Part shown: positions 20,309 to 30,018 of the stretch, piece by piece | Position numbering within the stretch: the first letter of the stretch is position 1 | How the letters are laid out: each line of letters starts with the position of its first letter | Origin: Desulfatiglandales bacterium | Lineage (GTDB): Bacteria; Desulfobacterota; DSM-4660; Desulfatiglandales; Desulfatiglandaceae | DNA: 64,000 bases | Reading direction: 5' to 3' | NCBI GenBank assembly: GCA_963666345.1 | Contig: OY762721.1 | Coordinates: 3,968,001 to 4,032,000, forward strand | Program-made: the position numbers and the translations under genes | Notes under the pieces: model-generated | Databases searched by the model: none | The model's input: only the letters and a program-made list of their open reading frames with translations | Told to the model about the DNA's origin: nothing

Positions 20309-21490
20309 TTGACAATGGGAAAAAGTGGCAGACACTTCCTGCAGATTCCAGGACCCACCAATGTGCCGGACCGGGTCCTTCGCGCAATGTCCAGGTCCAC
20401 AATCGATCATCGTGGTCCCGAATTCGCCCGCCTCGGCCACGAAGTGCTTGAGGGGCTGAAGCGCATCGTTCAAAGTGAGTCTCCGGTTATCCTCTATCCT
20501 TCCTCTGGTACCGGGGCCTGGGAGGCCTCTTTAGTGAACACCTTGTCTGCGGGGGACAGGGTCCTCATGTTCGAAACGGGACACTTCGCAACCCTGTGGT
20601 CCGATATTGCCAAGAGGTTCGGCCTTGAAGTGGATTTTATCCCCATGGACTGGCGGCGGGGGGTAGACCCGGAAGTGGTGGAAGAAAAGTTGCGTGATGA
20701 TTCGAAAGGCCTGATAAAGGCTGTATGCGTGGTCCATAATGAAACATCCACCGGGGTGACGAGCCGTATCCCCGATATCAGGAAGGCCATGGACGCGGCC
20801 GGGCACCCGGCCCTGCTGATGGTGGACACCATTTCATCCCTGGGTTCAATCGACTACCACCATGGTGAGTGGGGTGTCGATGTGACGGTGGGCTGTTCCC
20901 AGAAAGGTCTCATGTTACCCCCCGGGCTGGGGCTGAACGCGGTGAGTGAAAAGGCACTCAATGCTTCACGGTCCGCCTGTCTGCCCAGATCCTTTTGGGA
21001 CTGGCAAGCCATGCTTGCCAACAACGATAAGGGGTTTTTCCCTTACACTCCTTCGACCAATCTGCTGTACGGCCTGAGGGAGGCCATTTCCATGCTGGAG
21101 GAGGAAGGTCTTGAAAACGTGTTCGTAAGGCACGCCCGCCATGGCGAAGCCACGAGGAGGGCCGTGCGGGGTTGGGGTCTTGAGGTACTCTGCGTTGATG
21201 AGCGGGAGTACAGCAACTCTTTGACCGCGGTTATGATGCCGGAGGGCCATGATGCCGACAAGTTCAGAAAGGTTGTGCTGGATCGCTTCGACATGTCGCT
21301 GGGCACCGGTCTGGGGAAGGTGCGGGGAAAGGTGTTTCGAATCGGCCATCTGGGGGATTTAAATGATGTGATGCTTGCCGGAACCCTGGCGGGGGTGGAA
21401 ATGGGGCTTGACATCGCTCAGGTACCTCACACAGCCGGAGGGCTCATGGAGGCCCTTTCGTATCTTAAAGGCAGAGGAGTAATCGGTTGA
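20309..21490 (+). CDS. Class V aminotransferase (serine/alanine-glyoxylate type)
   Basis: QIPGPTNVP, HNETSTGV, VDTISSLG, SQKGLMLPPG, FRIGHLG. Confidence 0.92.
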   Translation: MTMGKSGRHFLQIPGPTNVPDRVLRAMSRSTIDHRGPEFARLGHEVLEGLKRIVQSESPVILYPSSGTGAWEASLVNTLSAGDRVLMFETGHFATLWSDIAKRFGLEVDFIPMDWRRGVDPEVVEEKLRDDSKGLIKAVCVVHNETSTGVTSRIPDIRKAMDAAGHPALLMVDTISSLGSIDYHHGEWGVDVTVGCSQKGLMLPPGLGLNAVSEKALNASRSACLPRSFWDWQAMLANNDKGFFPYTPSTNLLYGLREAISMLEEEGLENVFVRHARHGEATRRAVRGWGLEVLCVDEREYSNSLTAVMMPEGHDADKFRKVVLDRFDMSLGTGLGKVRGKVFRIGHLGDLNDVMLAGTLAGVEMGLDIAQVPHTAGGLMEALSYLKGRGVIG

Positions 21491-21659
21491 TGCACCTCTG
21501 CTGCCTGGTGCCGGTCCGGAAATTACGCGGAGGTTGTTGAAAATAGCCGTTTCCGGACGGAAATCTAATCGGGAGAATTTCTTATCGTACCGACTTTTCA
21601 ATGCCGCTCGGGAGGCGGCTATTCGTCGGATTTATTTGTGGGCTTGGAAAAACATGGGT

Positions 21660-21688
21660 TTGACAGATCAGGCGAAATTTCTTACACT
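21660..21688 (+). promoter_or_regulatory. sigma70 promoter upstream of the caspase pair
   Basis: TTGACA-17 bp-TACACT. Confidence 0.55.
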
Positions 21689-21796
21689 TACACGTTAAAA
21701 AAAGGGCTTATCATCACCTCTTCCTCCCGCCATCCTTAAATATCCCCCTTGAACAGCCTTTCTGTAAATTTTTTGCCCTTTGAAAGATGTTCTGCG

Positions 21797-23521
21797 ATGA
21801 AAAATAAAACCATTATCCTGGTGGCGATCTATATTTTTTCCTGTGCTGCGCTTTGTTTTTCCGCGTCACGCGGGATACAAATTACCGGTAAAAAGGGAAA
21901 AACCTTTAATCTATACAAGGATTACCATGCCCTTGTGGTAGGGGTGGGTGATTACACGGAGGGGTGGCCTGATCTGCCTGGTGCATTGAAGGATTGCGAA
22001 CAGGTCGCCGGATCTCTTGAGGGCTACGGGTTCACCGTTAAGACCCTCAAAAACCCCACGTCCAAAGTGATGAACAGGGCACTGGCCGAATTAACATACC
22101 GGACGGGCGGGGAGTCGGACAGGGGTCTGCTGTTATATTTCGCCGGTCATGGCGAGACCATGAATCTGGCGGATGGGAACAGCCTGGGGTTTATAATTCC
22201 CAGCGACTGCCCCTTGAAAAATCAGGACCCGATAGGATTCGATGACCTGGCAATATCGATGAAGGAAATCGAGGCCCTGGCACTCAAGGTGAAATCGAAA
22301 CATCTTCTTATGGTCTTTGATTCCTGTTTTTCAGGGTCCCTTTTCAACCTGGTGCGGGCCGCCCCCATGGAGATCAGCGAAAAATCCACCATGCCGGTAA
22401 GACAGTTCATAACCGCAGGGTCTTCGGGTGAGCAGGTGCCTGACACCTCGGTGTTCAAACAGGTGTTTCTGGACGGGATCAAAGGCGATGCCGATCTCAA
22501 CAAGGACGGATACATCACCGGATCGGAACTGGGCATGCACCTTCAGACAAAGGTGGTCAATTATTCGAGAGGAGGCCAGCACCCTCAGTACGGGAAGATA
22601 AACAATCCTAAACTCGACAAAGGGGATTTCATCTTTGTTGTCGTTGTGAATGTCCAGGAAAAAGCCGAGGCTTCAGGGGCGTATCAGGATGAAAAGAGCC
22701 TGATTGCCGAGGAACTTAAAAAACTGAGGGAGGAAAGAAAGAAGAACACGGAGCTCCTGGAGCGAATCGAGAAACTGGTGGATGACCGGCCCGGGAAAGT
22801 CGAGGGCGTGGTAAGCGCAGAGGAAAAGACACAAACCGCCTACATCCCCAAATCGGACAGGTCAAATTATAACGATCTGAAAAAGGGCAAGGGGTCTTTC
22901 CTGATAGACGACTTTGAAGACGGGGATCTATTCGCGAGTTCTTTTAATGATACCTGGAGGTCTTATCAAAAAGGCAAGTGCAAAGTCGAACTGGCTGTCG
23001 ATCGAACTCAGGGGGCAAACAATACCGCCTGTTCAATGAAATTTGATTTCAACCTTGTCGAGAAATCAACTGCCGTTGCCCTTATCGGGGGAGGCAAATC
23101 CCCCCCCTCAAGGATCAAAAAGGTTCATAAGGATCGATCCAAGGCCCATGATCTATCGAGGTTCAATAAACTTGTCTTTTACCTGAAAGGCGAAAAGAGC
23201 CGTTCCATATTTTTAAACCCTAACCCTGTTTACCTGGTCATTGACTGTTACGGAGGAGATATAAAGGCGGCATACGGCAATAGAAGGGCCGAATATACTC
23301 ATAAGATCAAGATCATACCGGATAATAAGTGGGAAAGGCACGAGGTTCTTTTTGAAGATCTCATGCCTTCATTGAGGACAAAAACGCATGCCTCAAATTA
23401 TCCTCAAAATCCCGATCTAAGCCATGTCCTATGGCTGGAGTTCCTTGTTACAAGTCACAAACCGTGGGGGGGCAGACCTGAATCTCACAAGGTATGGATC
23501 GATGAAATCCGGCTGGAATAA
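21797..23521 (+). CDS. Secreted caspase-family (C14) protease with coiled coil and CBM11-like C-terminal domain
   Basis: Signal peptide; YFAGHG and FDSCFSG dyad; LIDDFEDGD...WIDEIRL. Confidence 0.85.
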   Translation: MKNKTIILVAIYIFSCAALCFSASRGIQITGKKGKTFNLYKDYHALVVGVGDYTEGWPDLPGALKDCEQVAGSLEGYGFTVKTLKNPTSKVMNRALAELTYRTGGESDRGLLLYFAGHGETMNLADGNSLGFIIPSDCPLKNQDPIGFDDLAISMKEIEALALKVKSKHLLMVFDSCFSGSLFNLVRAAPMEISEKSTMPVRQFITAGSSGEQVPDTSVFKQVFLDGIKGDADLNKDGYITGSELGMHLQTKVVNYSRGGQHPQYGKINNPKLDKGDFIFVVVVNVQEKAEASGAYQDEKSLIAEELKKLREERKKNTELLERIEKLVDDRPGKVEGVVSAEEKTQTAYIPKSDRSNYNDLKKGKGSFLIDDFEDGDLFASSFNDTWRSYQKGKCKVELAVDRTQGANNTACSMKFDFNLVEKSTAVALIGGGKSPPSRIKKVHKDRSKAHDLSRFNKLVFYLKGEKSRSIFLNPNPVYLVIDCYGGDIKAAYGNRRAEYTHKIKIIPDNKWERHEVLFEDLMPSLRTKTHASNYPQNPDLSHVLWLEFLVTSHKPWGGRPESHKVWIDEIRLE

Positions 23522-23564
23522 AGACCTTGGACCATAAAGCGGAGCTGACCAGCCTCTTTTAATT

Positions 23565-23614
23565 TAATCCTTGGGTCCTTGGACCCTCTTTGCCAACTAA
23601 TTTGGAGAAGAACC
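23565..23614. repeat. Isolated terminal fragment of the MITE family
   Basis: ccttggaccctctttgccaactaatttggagaagaacc closely matches 27858-27895. Confidence 0.7.
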
Positions 23615-23709
23615 AATGGGCATAACCGGAGTCGCTCATGTAACAAGGTGACCCCGTTTCTAATTAGAGAGATGGATTTTTGTGTCTTTTTAACTAAAGG
23701 GGTGTCTAA

Positions 23710-25668
23710 ATGAAACGGATGGTTTCGGTTTTTCTGGTGGCGGCATTCTCTGTTTTAAGCGTTTCCGCCGTGTATGGGGTGAGCCGCGGCATCAAGGTGG
23801 TTTCGGATGGTGGCGAGACCCTGCAGCTCTATGACGAATATCATGCCCTGGTGGTGGGGGTGAGTAACTACGATAAGTGGCCGAAGCTTCCTTATGCGAA
23901 AAGCGATGCCGCCGAAGTCGCGGACAAGCTTTCGCACCTCGGTTTTGAGGTTAAGGTAGTGCTCGATCCAACGAGCAGGGAGCTTAATACCGCGATAAAC
24001 GAGATGGTGTACACCATGGGACGCAATGAAAACCGCGCCCTTTTGTTTTACTATGCGGGCCATGGGGATACCGAGCTTTTGGCGGACGGGACAAAGATGG
24101 GTTATCTGGTTCCGAGGGACTGCCCTTTGCGGCGTTCCGATCCTCTGGGATTTGCCACCCATGCGGTGAGCATGAGGGACATAGAATCGGCCTCTCTGCG
24201 GATGAAGGCGCGGCACGTGCTGATGCTCTTTGATTCCTGTTTTTCAGGCTCTCTGTTCGCCCTGGTTCGGGCGGTGCCTGATGACATTACTGAGAAGTCT
24301 TTGTTGCCGGTACGACAGTACATTACCGCCGGAAACGAAGATGAGCAGGTGCCTGACAGGAGCATGTTCAAGAGGTGCTTTCTGCTTGGTCTTGAAGGGG
24401 ATGCGGATTTGACGGGAGACGGGTACGTTACCGGTTCCGAACTGGGGATGTATCTTTCGGACAAGGTGGTCAACTACTCTCACAGGAGGCAGCACCCTCA
24501 ATACGGCAAGATCAACAACCCCAACCTGGACAGAGGTGATTTTGTGTTCGTGGCTCCCGCAAAAAAGGAAGAGCCCGCTCCAGCAGCGGCCCAGGGGGCG
24601 TCATCGGAAATGCAAAGTGAAAACGCCCGTCTCGCCGAGGAGATAGAGCAGTTACGGCGTGAAAAGGAAGAACTGCTTCAAATGAAAAAGTTGATGAAAG
24701 AAAAAGACAGGCTTAAAGAGGAACTCAAAAAGGAGAAAACAAAGATCCGCACGGCAAAGCGTGCACCTGAAAAAAGTGAAAAAGTGCCGCCACCGTCAGA
24801 CAATAAAATAGCCGGCAGGGACGGAAATTTCATCGCCTGTGATAACGGCATAATCAAGGACGCAACTACAGGTCTGGAGTGGTTTGTAGGGCCTGATAGA
24901 AATATTGACTGGAATGAGGCCAGATACCTGGCGAAGAATTTGAATATAGGCGGCGGGGGGTGGCGCATGCCCTCCATTAATGAATTAAAGAGTTTGTACA
25001 AAAAAGGAAAAGGAAAGCGCAACATAAGCCCTCTTTTTAAGACGACCGGCTGGTATGTATGGTCGGGAAAAGAAGATTCCGGCAGGGCAATGCTCTTTAG
25101 CTTCTTTGACGGGTACGGGAAAGATTTAAGCTTCATCGAACTCGATGAGAAAAACGGGCGTGCATTTGCGGTGCGTTCCCGAAGTGCCGCGCGCAATATT
25201 TCCGCCTTGGAAACCAGCCAAACCATTGACAGCCGAACAAAGAGGGCAGGCGAAAGTGCCGGTGACGGGAATTTCATCGTCTGTGATAACGGCATAATCA
25301 AGGACACAAAAACCGGTCTGGAGTGGTTCGTCGGGCCTGATGAGAAAGGCAATTTTTCAGATGCCGCCAAATTTATAGACGGCCTGAAATTGGATGGCGG
25401 GGGCTGGAGACTTCCGACGTCAGATGAATTGAAAACCCTTTACCTTAAGGACAGGGGCAAATCAAACATGTCACCCCTTTTTAAGACTACCGGTTACTGG
25501 GTGTGGAGTAATGACAGGGCAACTTATTCGCAGGCCAATGAAGTAGGATTCGATTTCAGGAAAGGTGAAATAGAGGAAATACAAATAGGAAGCGCGTGGA
25601 AAGGCAGCCGCGTGTTTGCGGTGCGTTCAAACCAGGATAAAAGACATTATTCAAAGTCAACAAAGTAA
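23710..25668 (+). CDS. Secreted caspase-family (C14) protease with coiled coil and two DUF1566 (Lcl-type) domains
   Basis: YYAGHG and FDSCFSG; two NGIIKD..TGLEW...WR(M/L)P...EL..L...FAVR repeats at ~24820-25178 and ~25264-25628. Confidence 0.85.
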   Translation: MKRMVSVFLVAAFSVLSVSAVYGVSRGIKVVSDGGETLQLYDEYHALVVGVSNYDKWPKLPYAKSDAAEVADKLSHLGFEVKVVLDPTSRELNTAINEMVYTMGRNENRALLFYYAGHGDTELLADGTKMGYLVPRDCPLRRSDPLGFATHAVSMRDIESASLRMKARHVLMLFDSCFSGSLFALVRAVPDDITEKSLLPVRQYITAGNEDEQVPDRSMFKRCFLLGLEGDADLTGDGYVTGSELGMYLSDKVVNYSHRRQHPQYGKINNPNLDRGDFVFVAPAKKEEPAPAAAQGASSEMQSENARLAEEIEQLRREKEELLQMKKLMKEKDRLKEELKKEKTKIRTAKRAPEKSEKVPPPSDNKIAGRDGNFIACDNGIIKDATTGLEWFVGPDRNIDWNEARYLAKNLNIGGGGWRMPSINELKSLYKKGKGKRNISPLFKTTGWYVWSGKEDSGRAMLFSFFDGYGKDLSFIELDEKNGRAFAVRSRSAARNISALETSQTIDSRTKRAGESAGDGNFIVCDNGIIKDTKTGLEWFVGPDEKGNFSDAAKFIDGLKLDGGGWRLPTSDELKTLYLKDRGKSNMSPLFKTTGYWVWSNDRATYSQANEVGFDFRKGEIEEIQIGSAWKGSRVFAVRSNQDKRHYSKSTK

Positions 25669-25722
25669 ATAACAGATGAAGTAAGCAGAAAAAATCCGGC
25701 GTTCTGTCGCGGCCGCAAGGTT

Positions 25723-26616
25723 TTACAACTTCATGTCGGAGCGGCCAACAAAAAAGTAGATAACTCCCAGGACAAGGAGACCCCCAAGAAGCAGAGCAAA
25801 GGAGATCGGATCTTCATGCTCGATGGCGGCAACGAACAGCTTCCGGATAAATGCCACCATGGCCAGATCGACAAAAATTCGGACATTGAACTTTCCGCCC
25901 TTGAGCTGGTGGACCTGGGTGTGGAGGAGCTCTATCATCATCCACAGTATAAGGAGTGAACCCAGGGACTTGATGACCCCGATTTCAAGATTGGATCGAA
26001 AGGCGAACAGGATGTCCGAGCCGAGAAGAGCGGCCACGCCAAGAGACAAAACGACCAGCCCGACCATCAGTATCAGATTCAGGCCATGCATCAATCTCTC
26101 CGACCATTTTACCAGCCAGAATTCGACCCGCTGGGAGAGAAAAACCCTTTTCAGCTCCGCTTCCCGGTAGGAACTGGTGATTACATCCAGACTGATGTCC
26201 AGGACCTTGTCCAGGGTCTCAAGCAGTCGGTCTCTCAAACCGGCATCCGATATGGTGCTTAACAGTTGGTCCTGGAAATAACGCCGGATAAAACTCATCG
26301 CCGAGTTGACATAATGGCCTTCAAGTCCGATTTTTACATGGATCTGTCCGATACGAATGAGCCTCATCAACAAGCGGTGATCATACTTTGAGGTAAGGAT
26401 CGATTTGAGCCAACCCTTTATGGTCTCCTTCCTTCGTTTATCCGCCTCAGGAGTTTGAAAAAAAGCGGCCGTGTAATCGTTTTGCATCAGGAACTCGTAG
26501 AAATCTTCGGCAAATCTGTCCTGAACAGGCAGGATTACATTTACAAGCTCCTTCAGATTTTCTTCATCCTGATGATTAAATTCATAATGCTTTATGATTG
26601 ATTCCATGGATTGCAT
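25723..26616 (-). CDS. Protoglobin/globin-sensor domain fused to PsiE-like membrane domain
   Basis: FAEDFYEFL...RIGQIHVKIGL; C-terminal TM helices with IELLHT and AFIRKL; GAGG RBS before ATG 26616. Confidence 0.8.
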   Translation of the reverse strand: MQSMESIIKHYEFNHQDEENLKELVNVILPVQDRFAEDFYEFLMQNDYTAAFFQTPEADKRRKETIKGWLKSILTSKYDHRLLMRLIRIGQIHVKIGLEGHYVNSAMSFIRRYFQDQLLSTISDAGLRDRLLETLDKVLDISLDVITSSYREAELKRVFLSQRVEFWLVKWSERLMHGLNLILMVGLVVLSLGVAALLGSDILFAFRSNLEIGVIKSLGSLLILWMMIELLHTQVHQLKGGKFNVRIFVDLAMVAFIRKLFVAAIEHEDPISFALLLGGLLVLGVIYFFVGRSDMKL

Positions 26617-26768
26617 GGCAAAAGACCTCACTGCCAGGGGATTGTAGTTCAACGATTTTTTTAAGCGCAATATTTTGGATGTCTGCCTCCGAAGCCATGT
26701 TAAAGGCTTTAATGATTCTAAAAGAAAAACAATTAAATTTCAAGATAAGGTGGGTTACGGAAAGGGTA

Positions 26769-26808
26769 TGCACATAATCCTGTGCGTGAATGCACATTAA
26801 GTTGTGCA
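26769..26808. promoter_or_regulatory. Tandem TGCACA-N6-TGTGC(A/G) palindromes
   Basis: TGCACATAATCCTGTGCG-TGAA-TGCACATTAAGTTGTGCA. Confidence 0.65.
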
Positions 26809-26882
26809 AATATCACTATGATTTCTTCTGTTTAATCCTCTCCATATCTGCAATTTATTGAACTTCTTGGAATGTTTTCCGA

Positions 26883-26898
26883 TGGCACACCTTTTGAA
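26883..26898 (+). promoter_or_regulatory. sigma54-like promoter
   Basis: TGGCACACCTTTTGAA (TTGA instead of TTGC at -12). Confidence 0.4.
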
Positions 26899-26916
26899 TG
26901 ACACCATCTATAAGGG

Positions 26917-27129
26917 GTGATGAAAGTGGCGGTGTTGTCTCCAGATCAGCTGCTTTCGGATCGTGAAAGGGCCATGGAGTATAACAGGGGCCTCGAGGTG
27001 GGGCTTTGGGCGGTGAAGGAGAGTCGGAATCTCTGCCCCGGAGCAACTAATTTTATGATCAAGGCCATGGAGCAGACAATAAAAGATAATGAAACGAAAT
27101 TTACATTTATGTCTTTAATGACAAAATGA
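26917..27129 (+). CDS. Small hypothetical protein
   Basis: 70-aa ORF with AAGGGG RBS-like sequence, downstream of the sigma54-like promoter. Confidence 0.5.
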   Translation: MMKVAVLSPDQLLSDRERAMEYNRGLEVGLWAVKESRNLCPGATNFMIKAMEQTIKDNETKFTFMSLMTK

Positions 27130-27343
27130 AAGAAAAGGTTACTTATATTTTATCTATCATTTCCTGAATTCAAGATATCCTATCCGTTTCTGTTTCACCT
27201 TTTGGGAGTTTGTAAATGATAGATGGTTAAGTCAAGTTTGAAATAATGCTGCTATGATTATTATGGCTATAATCCATGCAGTTATAAGATATCAACTTGA
27301 CAAAAATAGCAATGGCTATGATTATAAGAAGTAATAACTACAT

Positions 27344-27895
27344 GGATCATCTTCAAAAGAGTTGGTCTAAATGAAGGATTGGAGGGGTCAAGGGGCCGCG
27401 GGTTCGAGTGAAAAGCTTAAAGATCATAGTCAATTAAACGTTAGGGGAAAATCGTATACACCTTGTTTGCATATGTATAAAGAAACGAAACGTTTTTTTA
27501 AAGATGAGCAATACTGTTTTACCTCCCGAATCAGAAGATCCGCTGTTTTCATGTCAAGGGATACCGCCTGAGGGTATGGGAAAAAAACGGCTATAGAGTA
27601 TATGCAATTTTTCTTTATTGCATATGGTTCAGCCTGTGAATCGGAAACCCGGGACATGACATCAGCTGACCTGGGTTATTTGAAAGAAGTAAGCTTCAGA
27701 GATTAAGAAGGGAAATAAGGGATGTCGGGGCAATGTCCAAAGCGATGATCAAATCCCTGGAAAAAAAGCCCTCGAAACCGGGAACCCGAGCTGAGCTGGC
27801 CGAAGGGTGGGACTGCGCGAAGCGTAAGCGAAGCAAAGAATCCTTGAATCCTTGGACCCTTGGACCCTCTTCGACAACTAAGTTGGAGAAGAACC
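27344..27895 (+). mobile_element. MITE-like element (552 bp) carrying a four-helix-bundle pseudogene
   Basis: Ends GGATCATCTTC and GGAGAAGAACC; cargo ...EQYCFTSRIRRSAV...TA*GYG...IAYGSACESET...DLGY; inverted near-copy at 32723-33275. Confidence 0.85.
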
Positions 27896-28166
27896 TAACT
27901 TATAAACTAATTTAATGTCCGCAGGTTTCAGGATGGCTTTATTAATATCTTTGATGGATTGTCAGGCTTTTTTGTTTTGTGGGTTTTACAGAATCTTCAA
28001 ACATTTCCTTCCCGCTCCAAGGTTAATTCCTCTTTCAGGTGATTATCCCCTATACTTGCAAGTTTCTGATCGGGTATCTCCCTTATAGCAAAGCAGTTAA
28101 ATGATGCAACCCTTTCCAGGTCTGTATGGCCTATATTTTAGAGCCGGCTCAAAGGAGATCAACAGT

Positions 28167-29846
28167 ATGAAAACGGCATTGATGTTTAAGTGGATCGAGA
28201 GTCATTACAATTCGATAAAGTCTTCAGCTGTTTTGATGATTATTCTTTCCGTCCCGGCCGTTTACGGACTCGTGTATCTAACGGGTGGACCCAATGTGTA
28301 TACGCATTCCATGTATGTGCCGATCCTTATCGGTAGCCTTGTTTTCGGTATGAGGGGAGGTATTGTGGTAGGAGTGATTGCCGGTGCCACGCTTGGCCCT
28401 TTCATGCCGCTTGACACCGTCACAATGGAGCCTCAGACGGCTGTCAGCTGGCTATATAGAAGCGGATTTTTCGTTATCATGGGAATCTTGTGCGGTGCCT
28501 TCAGCGATAGCATCCAGCGATACCTGAAACATCTTAAATGGTTTACTCTCCACGATACCGATACGGGATTGCCTGACAGATCTGCATTGATGAATGATTT
28601 GAAAATCCTGAAGTCCACAGGGAAAGGCGCAGGGCCAAAGGCACTCGTCGTGGTATCCATAGAAAACGCCCTGGAGCTTGAGGTGACCTTCGGCCCCGAT
28701 GTAACAGGCGGGATAATCAAGCAGATGGCTTCAGACATAGTTGAGCTTTTGGGGGATAAAACAGAGGTGTACCGCATCAGCACATATCTTTTAGCTGCCT
28801 TGCTATTCACTGAGGAGCGGGACGACAACAGAACAGTACGGGCGAGACTCATGGATAAATTCCGGAGCCCTGTGTCATATAAGGACATATCACTACATGC
28901 CGACATACGAGCCGGATATACCGACCTTTCAAAATCTAATCAGGAGCCGATTCGGTATTTGCAGGAAGCTGAAGCGGCACTAAGGTCTGCCTGTGAAAGG
29001 GCGCATACATGGGCAATTTACACCCCGGAACTCAATCACGGGGCTGCAAGGGAAAACCTGGAGCTGCTTGGTGAATTAAAGGAGGCAGTGGACAGAAAGC
29101 AATTAGCTCTTCATTATCAACCCAAAGTCTCATTCAACTCCGGAGCCGTACTCGGAGTTGAGGCGCTCATGCGGTGGACACATCCAAAACTTGGCAATGT
29201 GCCTCCCGGAAAGTTCATACCTCGCGCTGAACAGAGCACTCTTATAGATATGTTAACCGAATGGGCCATTGATACCGCACTGGCCCAGCTGGTAGAGTGG
29301 AAGAAATCGGGTATTGTGCTTTCAGTAGCTGTAAACATCTCCACACGGAACTTATTGGAGCCCAATTTTGCCGCAAGGGTTCTCAAACAGTTGGATAATT
29401 ATAAGGTCAATGGTGGGTCACTTGAGCTTGAGGTCACGGAATGGGCGCTCATGAAAGACATACGACATTCATTTGCCAATATATCCAAATTATCCAAAGC
29501 TGGTGTAATTTTTTCTATTGATGATTTTGGAACCGGGTATGCCTCGCTTGAATACCTAAAGGATTTTCCTGCTTCTTCAATCAAGATAGACCAGATATTC
29601 ATTCGAGAAATATGGGATCGTAAGCGCCCGGAGCTGATTGTTGAGTCATCAGTCAACATGGCCCACTTGCTTGAAATTAAGGCGGTCGCAGAAGGAGTTG
29701 AAGACATTGCCTCATATAAGCTGCTTTGTGATTTGGGCTGTGATGTGGCCCAGGGCTATTTTATAAGCCGGCCTGTTCCGGCACCGGAGTTTGCTGAATG
29801 GTATAAGAAATCTGGTGGGATTTTTAAAACGGAGGATAGAAGCTGA
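28167..29846 (+). CDS. Membrane EAL phosphodiesterase with degenerate GGDEF
   Basis: VEALMRW, IDDFGTGYAS and AEGVE intact; GGDEF position reads ISTYL; AAGGAG RBS. Confidence 0.9.
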   Translation: MKTALMFKWIESHYNSIKSSAVLMIILSVPAVYGLVYLTGGPNVYTHSMYVPILIGSLVFGMRGGIVVGVIAGATLGPFMPLDTVTMEPQTAVSWLYRSGFFVIMGILCGAFSDSIQRYLKHLKWFTLHDTDTGLPDRSALMNDLKILKSTGKGAGPKALVVVSIENALELEVTFGPDVTGGIIKQMASDIVELLGDKTEVYRISTYLLAALLFTEERDDNRTVRARLMDKFRSPVSYKDISLHADIRAGYTDLSKSNQEPIRYLQEAEAALRSACERAHTWAIYTPELNHGAARENLELLGELKEAVDRKQLALHYQPKVSFNSGAVLGVEALMRWTHPKLGNVPPGKFIPRAEQSTLIDMLTEWAIDTALAQLVEWKKSGIVLSVAVNISTRNLLEPNFAARVLKQLDNYKVNGGSLELEVTEWALMKDIRHSFANISKLSKAGVIFSIDDFGTGYASLEYLKDFPASSIKIDQIFIREIWDRKRPELIVESSVNMAHLLEIKAVAEGVEDIASYKLLCDLGCDVAQGYFISRPVPAPEFAEWYKKSGGIFKTEDRS

Positions 29847-29926
29847 TCTCATAAAGCGTCATGCAGGAAAATGTTCAAATGTTTTTTTTGAACAAAAACC
29901 GAAAAAAACGCAATCTATGGTTTGGG

Positions 29927-30009
29927 CCTTATTAAGTCGTGCATCTGATGCTTATCTTTGGCATATTCAATTTTTGAAGTTGGTCGGAATTTTGTGGATA
30001 GGATAATTA
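29927..30009. repeat. 83-bp direct repeat, copy 1
   Basis: 77/83 identical by eye to 33646-33728. Confidence 0.85.
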
Positions 30010-30018
30010 AGCACAACG

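Noticed and set aside
27569..27571. Sec read-through of the TGA in the four-helix-bundle cargo
   Set aside because: It falls at the Glu of the AEG motif, not a Cys position, and the gene has other lesions.
23710..27895. Diversity-generating retroelement (DUF1566 domains near an Avd-like four-helix-bundle gene)
   Set aside because: No reverse transcriptase and no template repeat with adenine-specific mismatches in the window; the four-helix gene is MITE cargo.
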